Shown piece by piece: positions 22,959 to 36,479 of a DNA stretch of 64,000 nt. The DNA is taken from assembly GCF_006345805.1 (NCBI RefSeq), contig NC_043002.1:3286001-3350000 (forward strand), written 5' to 3'. Within the stretch, counting starts at the first letter, position 1, and the number at the start of each line of letters is the position of its first letter. Source of the stretch: Octopus sinensis. Its lineage: Eukaryota. Position numbers and translations under genes: made by a program. The notes beneath the pieces were generated by a model. It searched no databases, was not told the DNA's origin, and worked only from the letters and a program-made list of their open reading frames with translations.

Positions 22959-23939
22959 ACAACTTATATTTGTATGTTAACAGGCCAGCTGGAGCTTTGA
23001 ATTTAAGTCTGTATAAAAGATTTGTAACATCATCATCATCTACTTTCCTCTGCTTGCATGGGTTGGAGGGAATTCAATGAGGCAGATTTTCTACAGCTGG
23101 ATGACCTTCCTGTCACCAACACTTACCTATTTCCAAGCATATTTTCATGAAAGATTGGAAAGGAATGATGGTGCTTGTTTGACAATGACATTTGTGATAT
23201 TAACCCTTTCCTTACTATATTTCTGACCAAAATCACCCCTCATGAGTTTCAATTAAATTCTGAAATAATCATGAATTTAGACTAGTTTCATTAAACAACT
23301 GTAACTTTTTTTACTTAACATATTAATGTGATATTTGGAACATAATTAAAGAAAAGATTCTTAATCAATTCTACTGCATAACTTTTGTCTCCAAAGTAAC
23401 TCTAATTACAGGTAAATACAGGTAAACTGAGCAAAATATAAAAATATTAAAATTTTGTTTAAACAGCATCATAGATAGTCATCAGCTAATATTCAATTGG
23501 GTGTGCAGCAACATTTTAATATAGGAGAATTTAATGCACATAAGAACAGGTGTACCATAAAGGTAAAATAAACTGAAATACTGGAATCTGTTTTTGAAGA
23601 AAACTAGAAAATTAAACACATCAACTAAATGAAATATACTCACACATGTATATGAATATACAAGAACATATGTAATATTTACAATAGAAATTAAATCAAA
23701 ACTTGTCACTCACCTTACAGGCAAACTAAAATTACAGGTAAATTAAAATTACACATAAAAAGTAAAAACGAAGTAAATTTGAAAAATATTTATACAATAT
23801 TCACACAATATTTCTATGATGGAAACTTGTAAAACATCCCACTCTGCATACTGCAACCTTGCAGAATGGATATTGGAAAGAAATTTCAACTGGCCGTCCA
23901 AGGTGACACAAGCAGATACACATGCACACACCTATGTAC

Positions 23940-25606
23940 ACACACACACACACACACACACACAATTGACTCGTTTCAATGTCCATCAAGCAAATATACT
24001 CCAAAGCTTTGGTCAACGTGAGGCTAGTGTCAGAGAGTACTCTCAAGAAACAGGAAGGTGAGTTTAAGAGAGAATGTGGACAGAGGATCGGGAAGGGTGG
24101 GTGGGTGAGTTTATTTGGTGGGTAGATTTCCTACATAATCACGTCTCTACACTTCCCTTATATAAAATATGTAATTATGGTGGTGTAAAGGTCTTGAGTT
24201 CAAGCAAAACATTATTCTACTTGCTTCAATGAACTCAGTTGGGGAACAAATAAAAAAAAAAACAATTTCAACCCTTGTTCAGTTCACTTTTAATAGACAA
24301 GTTTCCAAGAATCTCCCAACACAGAATACAATCCCATCCAACATTTAGTGAACGTGGACAAGATGGATTTTTAAAAACAAAAACTGTAGTATTTTAAAAG
24401 TGGATTTTTAATTATCTAATTAAGCTTATTTCCCCGTGTCCATTGTGCATACAATATTGAGCGGCCATAATAACTGTCATATTTTTAGTCACCAGTAACT
24501 GTTCATCAAAGGTGAGTCATCTCCTGTCCCTATGTCAAATAAGCATTCATCAAAAGGAGGGGGGTGGGGGCTCGTATTTATTGGTGGGTCTATTTTTAAA
24601 GACCATCCTCTTTAACCTCAACTCCAACACCTCCTTATCTGCTGTGCGTATATTAATCTCCAGTTGTACTTTTTTAAGCTTCAAAGTATCATCAGTCATT
24701 TTGTATATGCGTGTGTGTGGGGGGTGTCATTGTTTTCCCCCATTAACATCCACTTTTCCTCTCCATGCTTGCATGACACACACACACACACACACAATTG
24801 ACTCGTTTCAATGTCCATCAAGCAAATATACTCCAAAGCTTTGGTCAACGTGAGGCTAGTGTCAGAGAGTACTCTCAAGAAACAGGAAGGTGAGTTTAAG
24901 AGAGAATGTGGACAGAGGATCGGGAAGGGTGGGTGGGTGAGTTTATTTGGTGGGTAGATTTCCTACATAATCACGTCTCTACACTTCCCTTATATAAAAT
25001 ATGTAATTATGGTGGTGTAAAGGTCTTGAGTTCAAGCAAAACATTATTCTACTTGCTTCAATGAACTCAGTTGGGGAACAAATAAAAAAAAAAAACAATT
25101 TCAACCCTTGTTCAGTTCACTTTTAATAGACAAGTTTCCAAGAATCTCCCACACAGAATACAATCCCATCCAACATTTAGTGAACGTGGACAAGATGGAT
25201 TTTTAAAAACAAAAACTGTAGTATTTTAAAAGTGGATTTTTAATTATCTAATTAAGCTTATTTCCCCGTGTCCATTGTGCATACAATATTGAGCGGCCAT
25301 AATAACTGTCATATTTTTAGTCACCAGTAACTGTTCATCAAAGGTGAGTCATCTCCTGTCCCTATGTCAAATAAGCATTCATCAAAAGGAGGGGGGTGGG
25401 GGCTCGTATTTATTGGTGGGTCTATTTTTAAAGACCATCCTCTTTAACCTCAACTCCAACACCTCCTTATCTGCTGTGCGTATATTAATCTCCAGTTGTA
25501 CTTTTTTAAGCTTCAAAGTATCATCAGTCATTTTGTATATGCGTGTGTGTGGGGGGTGTCATTGTTTTCCCCCATTAACATCCACTTTTCCTCTCCATGC
25601 TTGCAT

Positions 25607-25642
<36 letters not shown>
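23940..25642. repeat. 832-bp direct tandem duplication bounded by (CA)n tracts
   Basis: aattgactcgtttc at about 23964 and 24796; identical ORFs at 24512 and 25344 (offset 832). Confidence 0.95.
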
Positions 25643-25643
<1 letters not shown>

Positions 25644-25689
25644 GTGGATGAACAAATGAGAGGAAATAACACTCAACACATTTGGTAGG

Positions 25690-26045
25690 AGTTAAATGTA
25701 TTTAATAACAGTTGGGTCTCATGGAGGCAAAGTGGTTATGTTCCTTTTGGGTGTTGGGCCTCACAGAGGCAATGGCCGAGACCTTTGCCATTGTGTTGTG
25801 CTTGAGAAGAAGACCCATGAAGCCAAGCAAACTCAGTTGTGGCAGATACCAGTGTCACGCAAATGGCACTCATGCTCGTGGCACATAAAACACCCATTAC
25901 ACTCTTGGAGTGGTTGGCGTTAGGAAGAGCATTCAGCTGTAGAAAACCAAATGAGACTGGTGTCTGGTGCAGACTTCCAGCTTACCAGCCCTGGTCAAAC
26001 TGTCCAACTCATGCCAGCATGGACAACAGACGTTAAATGATGATG
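25690..26045 (+). mobile_element. Family C (RTE 3' UTR)
   Basis: Matches the 3' UTR at 900-1524; ends gttaaatgatgatg. Confidence 0.75.
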
Positions 26046-26184
26046 CTGAACATTGTGGTTCAGTTGGACAGGACTTGCAGTTGTGTGGGCACAAAGGTCC
26101 ATATTTGGAGGTAGATCTTCTGATGAGATCAAGCTGTCCTATTCACCCACGAAGCTTTTAAGTCTGGTGCAATTAATTCAGATT

Positions 26185-26588
26185 TAGATACTTTTACTCT
26201 TTTACTTGTTTCAGTCATTTGACTGCAGCCATGCTGGAGCACCGCCTTTAGTCGAGCAAATCGACCCTGGGACTTATTCTTTGTAAGCCCAGTACTTATT
26301 CTATCGGTCTCTTTTGCTGAACCGCTAAGTGACGGGGACGTAAACACACCAGCATTGGTTGTCAAGCAATGCTAGGGGGACAAACACAAACACACACACA
26401 TACATATATAAATATATATACATATATACGACAGGCTTCTTTCAGTTTCCGTCTCCCAAATCCACTCACAAGGCATTGGTCAGCCCGGGGCTATAGCAGA
26501 AGACACTTGCCCAAGATGCCACACAGTAGGACTGAACCTGGAACCATGTGGTTGGGTAGCAAGCTACTTACCACACAGCCACTCCTGC
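26185..26588 (-). mobile_element. Family A SINE, full length
   Basis: Reverse complement gcaggagtggctgtgtggtaagtagcttgct...atgactgaaacaagtaaaagagt. Confidence 0.9.
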
Positions 26589-26607
26589 ATTTAGGAACAT
26601 TGATTGG

Positions 26608-26900
26608 CCATGATGCAAAGAGTCATGGAACGATCCAGGCTAGAAATGTGATTACGAAAGCAAATTTCAAATGAGATAATTTAAGAACTGAGTAGAGTGA
26701 AAAATGTGATCACACAATACTGAAAGCCCAAGTTCCACTGAGTTGGATATGTTGTAAGGTTCCCTGAGAAGAGGTGGACTTGTACAGTTGCCGAGTGGTA
26801 TCCAGGAGATGGAGAAAGGCCTCCATGATGATGGGAAGGTGATTTGGGTCAAGATAGAAAAGATTAAGACAGAATTGGAAGCACATTGTGATCAGCGGTG
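26608..26900 (+). mobile_element. Old RTE-clade LINE C-terminal fragment (a different RTE family)
   Basis: Conceptual translation QRVMERSRLEM*LRKQISNE...KFH*VGYVVRFPEKRWTCTVAEWYPGDGERPP matches the RTE pattern QRAMERxML...WAGHVxR...RWT..V.EW.P...RP. Confidence 0.75.
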
Positions 26901-26941
26901 TACAACATCATCTGATGGTCTGGTTGATACTCTGATATTGT

Positions 26942-26972
<31 letters not shown>

Positions 26973-28027
26973 ATATACACACACACAAATATTCAACCCA
27001 TTCGCCTATTGTTATCCATCATGCCTGCTCAAAGAAAACTATTTCTAATTTCTTTCAGAACGCCATCTTACTTACAAATATATTCTTTCATGTTTCTGCA
27101 TCTGGGCCTATCTTCCTATTTTCCATTTTTTTTTTATCTTTGTCTATAAATTATGATTTTCATCTGTTCTTAGCTCATCTTCACTCTTTTTTCCTTCTTT
27201 CTTTTTCTTAGTATATTTTAAGAATTCAGTGATTATTATGTAATCTGTTGCTACTTGTAGTGGTTCGCAGGCTGTTTGGAATCTGGTTTGTGGAAGTTTG
27301 CCAACCTCTTGTTGTTATTGTGTGTGTGTGTGTTTATCTTTGTACTTATGTTATTTACAACTTTCAAACTGTTATATTTACAACAATTATATAAAAGAAT
27401 TTAGTTTTTTCTTGTTTTCTTAAATTGATAGGTTTAAACACATTTATTTTTCTTGGCCAAACTTTTCAAATTTGTACTGTATTAAAATTTCTATTTTCTA
27501 TAATTAGTGAAATATCTAGAATGAGTTAATTTTTCTACTGTCATAAATTCTTTAGTCATTACCTAAAACTTTAGGAATTTCAATTATTCTATCCACTTCC
27601 TCCTATTGATAAACTATTCCTTTTCAATAATTGTTATTGCTTTAGGTGTGGCATTGTAAATGATACATTGGGTGTGGCATCAGGATGAGTTGGTAATAAT
27701 GACTTTTAGGATAGGCAGACACAGGGAAGGTGTTGACAGCCATTGCTTATTGTTGTGTTTTTCCTCCAAATCACTTTCAGTTTACAGATGTGAAAATGAG
27801 TACAACTCATAAGCTGAGTTTGGTGTGAGGCAAAGAGAGCCAGGAGTAAAAGAGAGCCAGGAGTGAAAGAGCCACCTATCTGTTGCAACAGTCAACTGCT
27901 TCTAACTCCAGGTAGCATAAAAAAAAAAGAGAAAATAGTTAGAAAAAGAAAGAAACATCTCTTTTTTTGTTTGTTTTTTTTTTGTTGTAAATCTGTAACT
28001 GTAGCTGTTTCTTTTTAATAAAACTAA

Positions 28028-28075
28028 ATGTCTATGGTAGATGGTGATACGACCAGAGAGGATGGTAGCTGTTTG
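28028..28075 (+). CDS. Candidate alternative first coding exon (MSMVDGDTTREDGSCL)
   Basis: aaATG, 16 open codons, |GTAAGG. A later phase-1 donor CAG|GTGTGT near 28107 is also in frame. Confidence 0.25.
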
Positions 28076-28499
28076 GTAAGGTATGCAGACAGTGTAAGAG
28101 AAACAGGTGTGTCGGTAACTGTGATTATGTAGGTGGATGCAAAGTGGAACTGGATGATGGTATGAAATTGTAAACCAGATCAGCAATAAATGCAAGGTTT
28201 CGCTGGCTGTTCTCGTGTTTATCAGGATTCAAAATCTCATTTCCTTTTCATTCCAGTTTTTGAAGTTCCAACATCAGTAGATTTGCCATGAAATTCTATT
28301 TATTCATAACTTTGGTCTCCTTACTGATTCACTGGAAGCATTTTACCTTTTTTTTTTTTAATTTCCTCCAGATTTTAAACTGTCTGCCTGTCTCTGATAA
28401 TCCAAAGTGGATTAAGCTAAACAAACTTTAAAATAACTTTGTTGGAATCACAGAAAGTTGGTTCCTTGAAAAGGAACAAAGAAAGAAATAATTTCATCT

Positions 28500-28858
28500 T
28501 TAAACTAGTTTCAGTCGTTAGACTGTGGCCATGCTGGGGCACCACCTTGAAGAATTCTTAGTCAAATGAATTGCTCCCAGTATTTTTCTTTTTAATCCTG
28601 GTACTTTATCAATTTCTTTTGTCAAATTGCTAAGTTATGGGGACATAAACACACCAGCACCAATTGTCAAGTGGTGGGTAGGAGAGGTTGACACACACAC
28701 ACACACACACACACTCTCTTTCTCTTTAAGTTTCCATCTACTAAACCCACCCACAAGGCTTTGGTCAGCCTGAGGCTCTTGGCCAAGGTGTCATGCAGTG
28801 AGACTGAACCCGGATCCATATGGTTGAGAAGCAAGCTTCTTACCACACAGCGATGCCT
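28500..28858 (-). mobile_element. Family A SINE
   Basis: Reverse-complement tail, (CA)n tract, CORE-like part and head. Confidence 0.8.
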
Positions 28859-28920
28859 AAATTTTTTTATAAACTATGCCAGTATTTAACAGTTAATATG
28901 CTGAAATTGCTACCGAAAGC

Positions 28921-29143
28921 TCTTGTTACCATATTTCTGTTGAGATGTTCTGTGTTTCTTTCAGTTAATTTTAAATATAACAATGAATTTAGTAAAATAA
29001 CTCAGTTATCATTAAGCTAGTGTTAGGAACATAAAGTGTGACAAAGGTTTGATGGAAGTTTTTAATTCAGAACTTAATGAAAACAAGGTATTTGTACCCA
29101 GAGCCAGAGCTGGTTTCAGCCGGGTTGGTAACGAAAGGGTTAA
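28921..29143. mobile_element. piggyBac-type MITE, opposite orientation
   Basis: Reverse complement of the 22404 element; right end gaaaggg-TTAA. Confidence 0.75.
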
Positions 29144-30424
29144 AGCAAGACACCCTCTGCTAACACTGCTTTAGCAACAGTGTTGACCCCGCTGTAATTT
29201 ATCTTCTCTTCCACACTGGATGGGATGAGCTTCATTCCAATTAATTATGGTTTTTACTGAAATTTGGTTCTTTCAATCACTGACCTATAGTTTCAACTGC
29301 TAGCTAGAATAATTTTCTTCAATAATTTGTTTGAATTTGGCAGAATGTCTTGAGAATAAAGTTATCGTTTCTTCAATAATGTCCTTCACAAAGGCATAAG
29401 ATTCTTAACCAGCCATCTGGAGGCTCTATGACTATGTAAAGAATATTTAATCTAAGCCTAAATCAATAAGTGCAGGCATGACTGCATGGTTCATAGGTTT
29501 GTTTCCCAACCACATGGTTTCAGGTTCAGTCCCACTGTGTGGCACTTCTGTCCATTGTCTTCTGTAACAGCCTAAAAACTGACCAAAGCCTTGTGAATGG
29601 ATTTGGTAAATGCTCTCACTCACTCACTCACTGACTCTCACTCACCCTCACACTCAAATGTAAGCATATTTGTGTCTGTCTTGACATCCTGCAATGGTTC
29701 TCAATAAGTATCTCCATCAGACAAGCTGTTCCGTTCATTTGCTATTTTTCATGGAAACAATTTCCAGCTTTTGTGTGATTTTAAAGTCTAGAGCAACTAT
29801 TTTCTACCCATGGATTCCTTTTGATTCCTATTTACTCAGGTGGACCCTAATAGCATATTATATTATATTAGGAATTGTAGAAAAATTTAAAAAATATTTT
29901 GTGTATTGTAAAAGTATAAACAATTTATTGCAGGTAAATTTTAATGATAAAATCGTGTGTGGACCCCCAAAGGTTAGATGGACTCCAGTTGAGAACCACC
30001 TGGCTACAGGAAGTATTACCTGACTTGAATACAGAAGGGCTTCTGGTCCTATAAGATAAACCTCAACAAATTTCACCTGAGCCATACAAGCATGAGAAAA
30101 TAGGGAAACAACGTTGTATAATTAGCATCTTGATTCATTTGTGATAATTACTTGTTCTGGTGTAATTAGACACGGCTTCGTTAAACTATTTCTTCCATTG
30201 CCATTTGGGAAGGATCATAATTGGTAATATTCTTGAATCCAGTATTTTGATGAAATATTTTGACGGTTAAAGAAATTATTCTACTATCTATTTGATATGT
30301 AAATTAATTAATTTTCCTAATTACTCTCTTCCTGAAATTAGTCAGTTGTTTGTTTAGTTTTAGGTTGCATACTTTTAAAGGTAATCAAACAACATCTGCA
30401 GATTCTTCTCACAAAATGCTTTCA

Positions 30425-30640
30425 AAGTTTCAAACAAGGCCAGCAATTTCAGGAGAGTGTGGGGGGTAAGTCAATTACATAGGCCCCCAGTTTTCAACTG
30501 GTTCTCCTTTTATTGACTCCCCAGAAGGAAGAAAGGCAAAGCTGACCTCAGTGGAATTTGAACTCAGAATGTAAAGATGTGAAAAATGCCGCCAAGCATT
30601 TTGCCCAGCATTGCTAACAATTCTGCCAGCTTGCCTTCTT
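30425..30640 (-). mobile_element. Family B SINE
   Basis: gaactcagaatgtaaagat...ctgccagcttgcc. Confidence 0.75.
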
Positions 30641-30854
30641 AATTAATAACAACAACTAAATTTTGATTTCCGTCTTTTGCAAACATAGAATTGGTCAGCC
30701 TGCAGTTTCAAGAACATTGCTTGTTAATCTTACTCCCGTCCAGTATTTTCTATGCCACCATTTTACATCCTCTTCTGCATGCAGTCTTGTGTCCAAAGGA
30801 CTTCTTTGTTTGCCAACGGCTCACAGACTTTATCAAGTATTTTTGGTGCTGGTG

Positions 30855-31265
30855 CCACATAAAAAGCATCCAAATCACTCGTTTAACGTCCGCTTTCCAT
30901 GCTAGCATGGGTTGGACGATTTGACTGAGGACTGGCAAACCAGATGGCTGCACCAGGCGCCAATCTGGTCTGGCAGAGTTTCTACAGCTGGATGCCTTTC
31001 CTAACGCCAACCACTCCGAGGGTGTAGTGGGTGCTTTTTACGTGCCACCGGCATGGGGGCCAGTCAGGCAGTACTGGCAACAACCTGACTCGAATATTTT
31101 TTTCATGTGCCAGAAAGGCAACGCTGGTAATGATCACACTCAAATGGTGCCTTTTATGTGCCAGTTAGTTGCTCTGGCAACGATCACGCTCTTAGTGCCC
31201 CACTAGCACGGATGCCAGTCATTGAATTTGATTTCGATTGCCTCAACAGGTCTTCGCAAGCAGAG
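30855..31265 (-). mobile_element. Family C (RTE 3' UTR)
   Basis: gtttaacgtccgctttccatgctagcatggg... with UTR subrepeats. Confidence 0.8.
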
Positions 31266-31497
31266 TTTAGTGTCCAGACAAAACCTGCATCACTTCATTG
31301 AAGGAGAAATGAGTTTAAAACCCATCTTAAACTGAGTGTTGTCAAACAATATTAGAAGTTGCCTGTAAAACCAGCTCATTTTTCTCTTTGTTTCCTTTCT
31401 GAGGATTCGTACAAAATTTAGAATCTACAAACAGAATTTACTCCAAAGTAAGGATGCTGATATTTTACATGCTTTTTATTTGTTTTATATATATATC

Positions 31498-31662
31498 AGG
31501 CGCAGGAGTGGCTGTGTGGTAAGTAGCTTGCTGACCAACCACATGGTTCCGGATTCAGTCCCACTGCGTGGGCATCTTGGGCAAGTGTCTTCTATTATAG
31601 CCCCGGGCCGACCAATGCCTTGTGAGTGGATTTGGTAGACGAAAACTGAAAGAAGCCTGTCG

Positions 31663-31693
<31 letters not shown>

Positions 31694-31898
31694 ATATGTT
31701 TGTGTGTCTGTGATTGTCCCCCTAGCATTGCTTGACAACCGATGCTGGTGTGTTTACGTCCCTGTCACTTAGTGGTTCGGCAAAAGAGACCGATAGAATA
31801 AGTACTGGGCTTACAAAGAATAAGTCCCGGGGTCGATTTGCTCGACTAAAGGCGGTGCTCCAGCATGGCCGCAGTCAAATGACTGAAACAAGTAAGAG
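31498..31898 (+). mobile_element. Family A SINE, full length and young
   Basis: ggcgcaggagtggctgtgtggtaag; gcatcttgggcaagtgtc (CORE-like); (TA)n(TG)n; tail cagtcaaatgactgaaacaagtaagag. Confidence 0.9.
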
Positions 31899-32726
31899 TA
31901 TCACCTGTCATCCAGGAAAACATTTACTCGGTTAATCCTCTTTTTATAAATATTTCAAAATGTCTCAGGACATGTTTTCAAATGGAGACATTTAATTACT
32001 CTCACAAATTCAAATTCCATTTCCACTGAAGATTTTGGTATTTTGTGATTCTCTTTATATATATCAGTTCCCTCCTCCTCCCCTCTCTCTCTTTCATTCA
32101 CATTTATCCACTTTCATCTGTCTCTTTTATCCTTATCCTTTCATCTCTCACCACCCCTCTCTCTGTGTCATCGTCCCCTTCCTCTTTCTTCTATGCTTCC
32201 TCATTCTCCTCTTCTTTTCATATCTCTTTGCTTTACCACTTCCAACCATCTTAAAATGTTTAATGGAAGATGTTTCTTCTGCATGCACAACACATTACTG
32301 ATATTTAAACCTTTTTTTTCTCGTTTCCTTGCTCTGTACCCGAGTGATCTTTTCCACTTTCTTTCCGTAATCCATGAGCAAGCCTGAATTCTAAACGAGT
32401 CCCTAAATGGGTAACGACACAGAAGGAAGTGGTTAAACTGTTAATGGAGCACATTGAAATGGTGGTCTTTCAGTGTGTCTTGACACAACATGAAATAGTT
32501 GGGGTGGGGGAGAGATGAATTAGAATTAAGGCTTTAAATATTTATAAGAGGGGAATTTCTTCTCTGATGGCAACCGACCTTTCTCTATCTTTATATGTTT
32601 TTATTTGCATTAAAAAAAGAGTAATATTCTACAAATAAACATGGACATAGGAATATACAGTTTCAGCTACACCCTAATTTTATTTCATGTTGCTAATATA
32701 TCTGTGTGTATGTGTGTGTGTATATA

Positions 32727-32782
<56 letters not shown>

Positions 32783-33337
32783 CACACAGTGACTTTGAAT
32801 CTGATATATAAAATTGGCGAGTGACTTAGGTCAGAATTAATGCTGTATATATATATATATTGGACTGTTGGAATGATATCATTTTTCCATTATAAGCCAG
32901 GAAATGCTAACCTTGTCCTTTGCAAGTCGGATTGCTTTTTAACCTGCAAAGGAAACTCTCTATTAGTGGGTGTGGGGGTTTGCTTTGTCAGAAGCAGAAT
33001 GAACAAATAGACAAAAAAAGGGATCACTTTTGATGAGAACATGACCTACAATTAGTTAATAATGTCAAATAGTTTTCTGTACTAACTCAATAGGTCAGAC
33101 ACTGTGCTGTCATTATAATCACTCTGGTTCATTTATCTCTCTCTATTTTGGGCCTTGGGCCGAGAGTAGAAAAGATTTTTCTCTCTCTCTCTATATATCA
33201 TCGGGCATTGTATTATTGCTCTTTTATTTTCTCTTTTTTTTTTTATTTATAGGATTTGTTTAAAACAAAAAAGAATATTATGGTTAAATTGTATGTTGTA
33301 GTTAATTAAAATTAACAAATCAATATTTAACTGCTCT

Positions 33338-33552
33338 TGGGTGGTGAGCTGGCAAAATTTTTATACTTGGTGGTATTTTGTCTGCCGTTACATTCTGAGT
33401 TCAAATTCCGCCGAGGTCGACTTTGCCTTTCATCCTTTCGGGGTTGATTAAATAAGTACCAGTTACGCACTGGGGTCGATGTAATCGACTTAATCCCTTT
33501 GTCTGTCCTTGTTTGTCTCCTCTATTTAGCCCCTTATGGGCAATAAAGATTT
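33338..33552 (+). mobile_element. Family B SINE
   Basis: Head, body and gggcaataaag tail. Confidence 0.85.
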
Positions 33553-33609
33553 AACTGCTCTTTCTCTGTTTCATTTTACAGCCAGTCCCGTAATTAATAT
33601 TATTCGTAG

Positions 33610-33950
33610 GTGCAAGTGTGGCTGCATGGTTAAGTTTGTTTCCTAATCCCATGATTTCAGGTTCAATCCATTTGCATGCAACTTCAGGCAGGTGTTTTCT
33701 ACTATGGCCCTGGACTGACCAAAGCCTCCCGAGTGGATTTTGTAAGATGGAAATGGAAAGAAGCCCAATATATGTGTGTGTGTGTGCCCTTGTGTCGACT
33801 TGATGTGATTGTTGTAAATGAGTGCCACTGTCATACAAGCAGTGTCCTTCATTTCCTACCTTCCATGAAAATACGTCTGGTTATAGAGAAGCGTTACCTT
33901 CCTTGGAAACAGGAAACAGACGAGGGTTGGTGACTTGAAGGGCTTCCTGC
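33610..33950 (+). mobile_element. Family A-related SINE
   Basis: gtggctgcatggttaagtttgtttcc...ggttcaatcc, then a CORE-like segment. Confidence 0.6.
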
Positions 33951-34129
33951 TGTAGAAACCTTCTTCAGGTACCTTCCTTCCTATCCTTTGCTAGTTTGGA
34001 AAAATAGATGTTAAGCAAAGTTCATTGTCTTGTAAAAAGCTACCAAATGAATAAATCTAAGAAGATTTATGTGTGTTGCAATCTTGTTCCTTCTTGTTTG
34101 TGGGTGGGAGCTGAGGGTCTGTGGATTTT

Positions 34130-34422
34130 AAGACAGAATTGGCATTCCTTCAGTAATAATGGTAAGCGTTCCAGTTGATCTGATTGACAGAACAGCCTGT
34201 TCATGAAATGAATGTGCAAATGGCTGAGTACTTCACAGACATACGTAGGCTTAACGTAGTTCTCAGGGAGATTCAGCATGACAGGGGATGTGATAAGGGG
34301 TTGGCTCCTTTGGAATTTCAGGTACGACTCATTTTTGTCAGTTGAGTGGACTGGACACAATGTGATGTCAGGAATTGAACTTTCAACCTTTATGATTGAG
34401 AGGCAAATACCGTAACCACTTC
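34130..34422 (-). mobile_element. A further tRNA-derived SINE (family D)
   Basis: Reverse complement agtggttacggtatttgcctctcaatc...agttcaattcc (A/B boxes), then ccagtccactcaactgacaaaaatgagt. Confidence 0.55.
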
Positions 34423-34645
34423 ACAAGACATAATTACTGGCTTCTAAAAGAACTGTAAATTCAAGACAACCTGAAATCAATAGTGTCATATTAATTAACT
34501 CTAAAACCATTGTTGACTTTGCAGCTTTGCTCAAATATATTTGCCGCTAATGATTCTTGTATTTTACCATTGTGTGTTTCCAACGGTTACTGCAAAATTT
34601 ATTGCAAACATTTTAATATGCATTTCAAAGCTTATAATGTTGTAG

Positions 34646-34780
34646 ACAACATTGAGCAGAAGTTCACGGATTGAACATAAAATGGAGGACTCAATAAACC
34701 AAATTATTTTTGGTCCCGAAGAACGAGATAAAGTTTCTTACAAGATAATTACAGAAGAATGGACTGAACATTTTGGAAAA
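34646..34780 (+). CDS. Candidate exon (TTLSRSSRIEHKMEDSINQIIFGPEERDKVSYKIITEEWTEHFGK)
   Basis: Protein-like 45-codon frame with a good Kozak aaaATGG at 34682, but weak splice sites (tgttgtAG, GTGCTG). Confidence 0.3.
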
Positions 34781-35061
34781 GTGCTGCTTTTAATAAATTT
34801 CTTTAATGCTGAATGAAGCTGAGTCACTCGTATGATTTGGTAACTGAAATGATTTCATTAGCATGAGATTGTAAGTTCTAAGATAATTTGAATATTGGTG
34901 ACTGCCTCTGACGTGATCAAGTTGTCACATTTACATCACACAAATTATGCCATGTCTATGTGATAGGAATCCATCATCTGCCAAATCTATTATTCATGTG
35001 TAAGAATCCAAACCATTCCTGAGTCATACAACATTAAGAAAATGTCATTGAATTATGCATA

Positions 35062-35425
35062 ACTGTGTGGAAAGAAGTCTGCACGATTTAGGTTCAGTCC
35101 CACTGCGTGGCACCTTGGGCAAGAGTCTTTTACTATAGCCTTGGACTGACCGAAGACTTGTGAGTGGATTTGGTTGACGGAAACTAAAAGAAGCCTTTTT
35201 TATGCATATATGTATATATATATATATATGTGTGTGTGTCTTTGTGTCTGTACTTGTCCCCTCCCCCTGCTTCACGACTGGTGTTGGTGTTTACGTCCCT
35301 GTTACTTAGCAATTTGGCAAAAGAGACCGATAGAATAAGTATTGGGGTTGATACATTTGACTAAGATTCTCAAAAGCAGTACTCCAGCATGGCCACATTC
35401 TAATGACTGAAACATGTGAAGAGTA
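35062..35425 (+). mobile_element. Family A SINE
   Basis: ggttcagtcccactgcgtggcaccttgggcaag...atgactgaaac. Confidence 0.8.
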
Positions 35426-35628
35426 ATGTTAAAATCATGAAGGACAGTTGTTTTTATTTATTTATATTTTCCAAGCAGCTCGACTCCTATTTTTGCTGCA
35501 AATCGTGAAAGTCAGTCACCAAAACTGACGTGGTTCCAGATTTTTTCTTTAGCTTTTATTTAAAATTTATTGAGCAAAGACTGTAGAACAGGTAACAGAA
35601 GGTGATTGTTCTTCATGAAATGTGTTTA

Positions 35629-35838
35629 TTAACCCTTTTGATACCAACCCACCTGTGACCATCCCTACTTCTACAATGATCTTTTAAAATGATCTAAATT
35701 AAATTTCCATAAAAATTTCATGTTAGGTTTTAAATGCTAAAAGCAACACAATTATCTCACTAAATTCTTCATTATTTTCAAAACGAATTGAAACAAAGGC
35801 AGTTTATTTCAACCAAAAACTGGTACCGGAAGGGTTAA
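35629..35838. mobile_element. piggyBac-type MITE
   Basis: TTAA-cccttttgatacc...ggtaccggaaggg-TTAA. Confidence 0.8.
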
Positions 35839-36447
35839 AGATCATCAATGTCGAATTCCTCTTTTGATGCTTCAAATATCTACAGTTGTTCTTTTTGATT
35901 TAGCTTTATGTTGCTATCTCAGTTCTTTATCTTCATCTAAACTTGCAGTGATGCTTCTAATTGCATCCTGTTCATTCCACAGCAGGGATGTCAGTTCTTG
36001 AAAAAAAAAAAGCTTTTGGAAACCATATGTTCAGGTAAATGCTTCCAAGCTACTTTTGCCCAGGTGGCAATAAGAGAATGGCTGAGATTTTTGAGATTAC
36101 TTCCTGCTGTTTTTTTTTTCTTCTTTGTCATCTGTTTCATCTTTACCATTTATTTACTATTTGGCATTTTCTTCAGTTGAGGTGGGGGGGTTTCTTCTTT
36201 CTTCATAACCTGATGCAAGTTACTTGGCAACCCCACTGGTGCTGGTGCCACCTAAAAGCCAATTGTGCCAGTGCCGCATAAGAATCGCTCAGACTTTGTA
36301 AAGTGGTCGATGTTAGGAGAAACATCCTGCCGTAAAAAAACCTTACCAAAATAGGCAATTGGACCTTGGTGCAGTTCCCCGGCTTGCCAGCTTGTGTCAA
36401 ACAGTCCAGCCCATGACAGCATGGAAAATGGACATTGAATGACAATG

Positions 36448-36479
<32 letters not shown>

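Noticed and set aside
24512-25688. Two near-identical ~113-aa ORFs
   Set aside because: By-products of the 832-bp duplication, with a non-ATG start and microsatellite-encoded residues.
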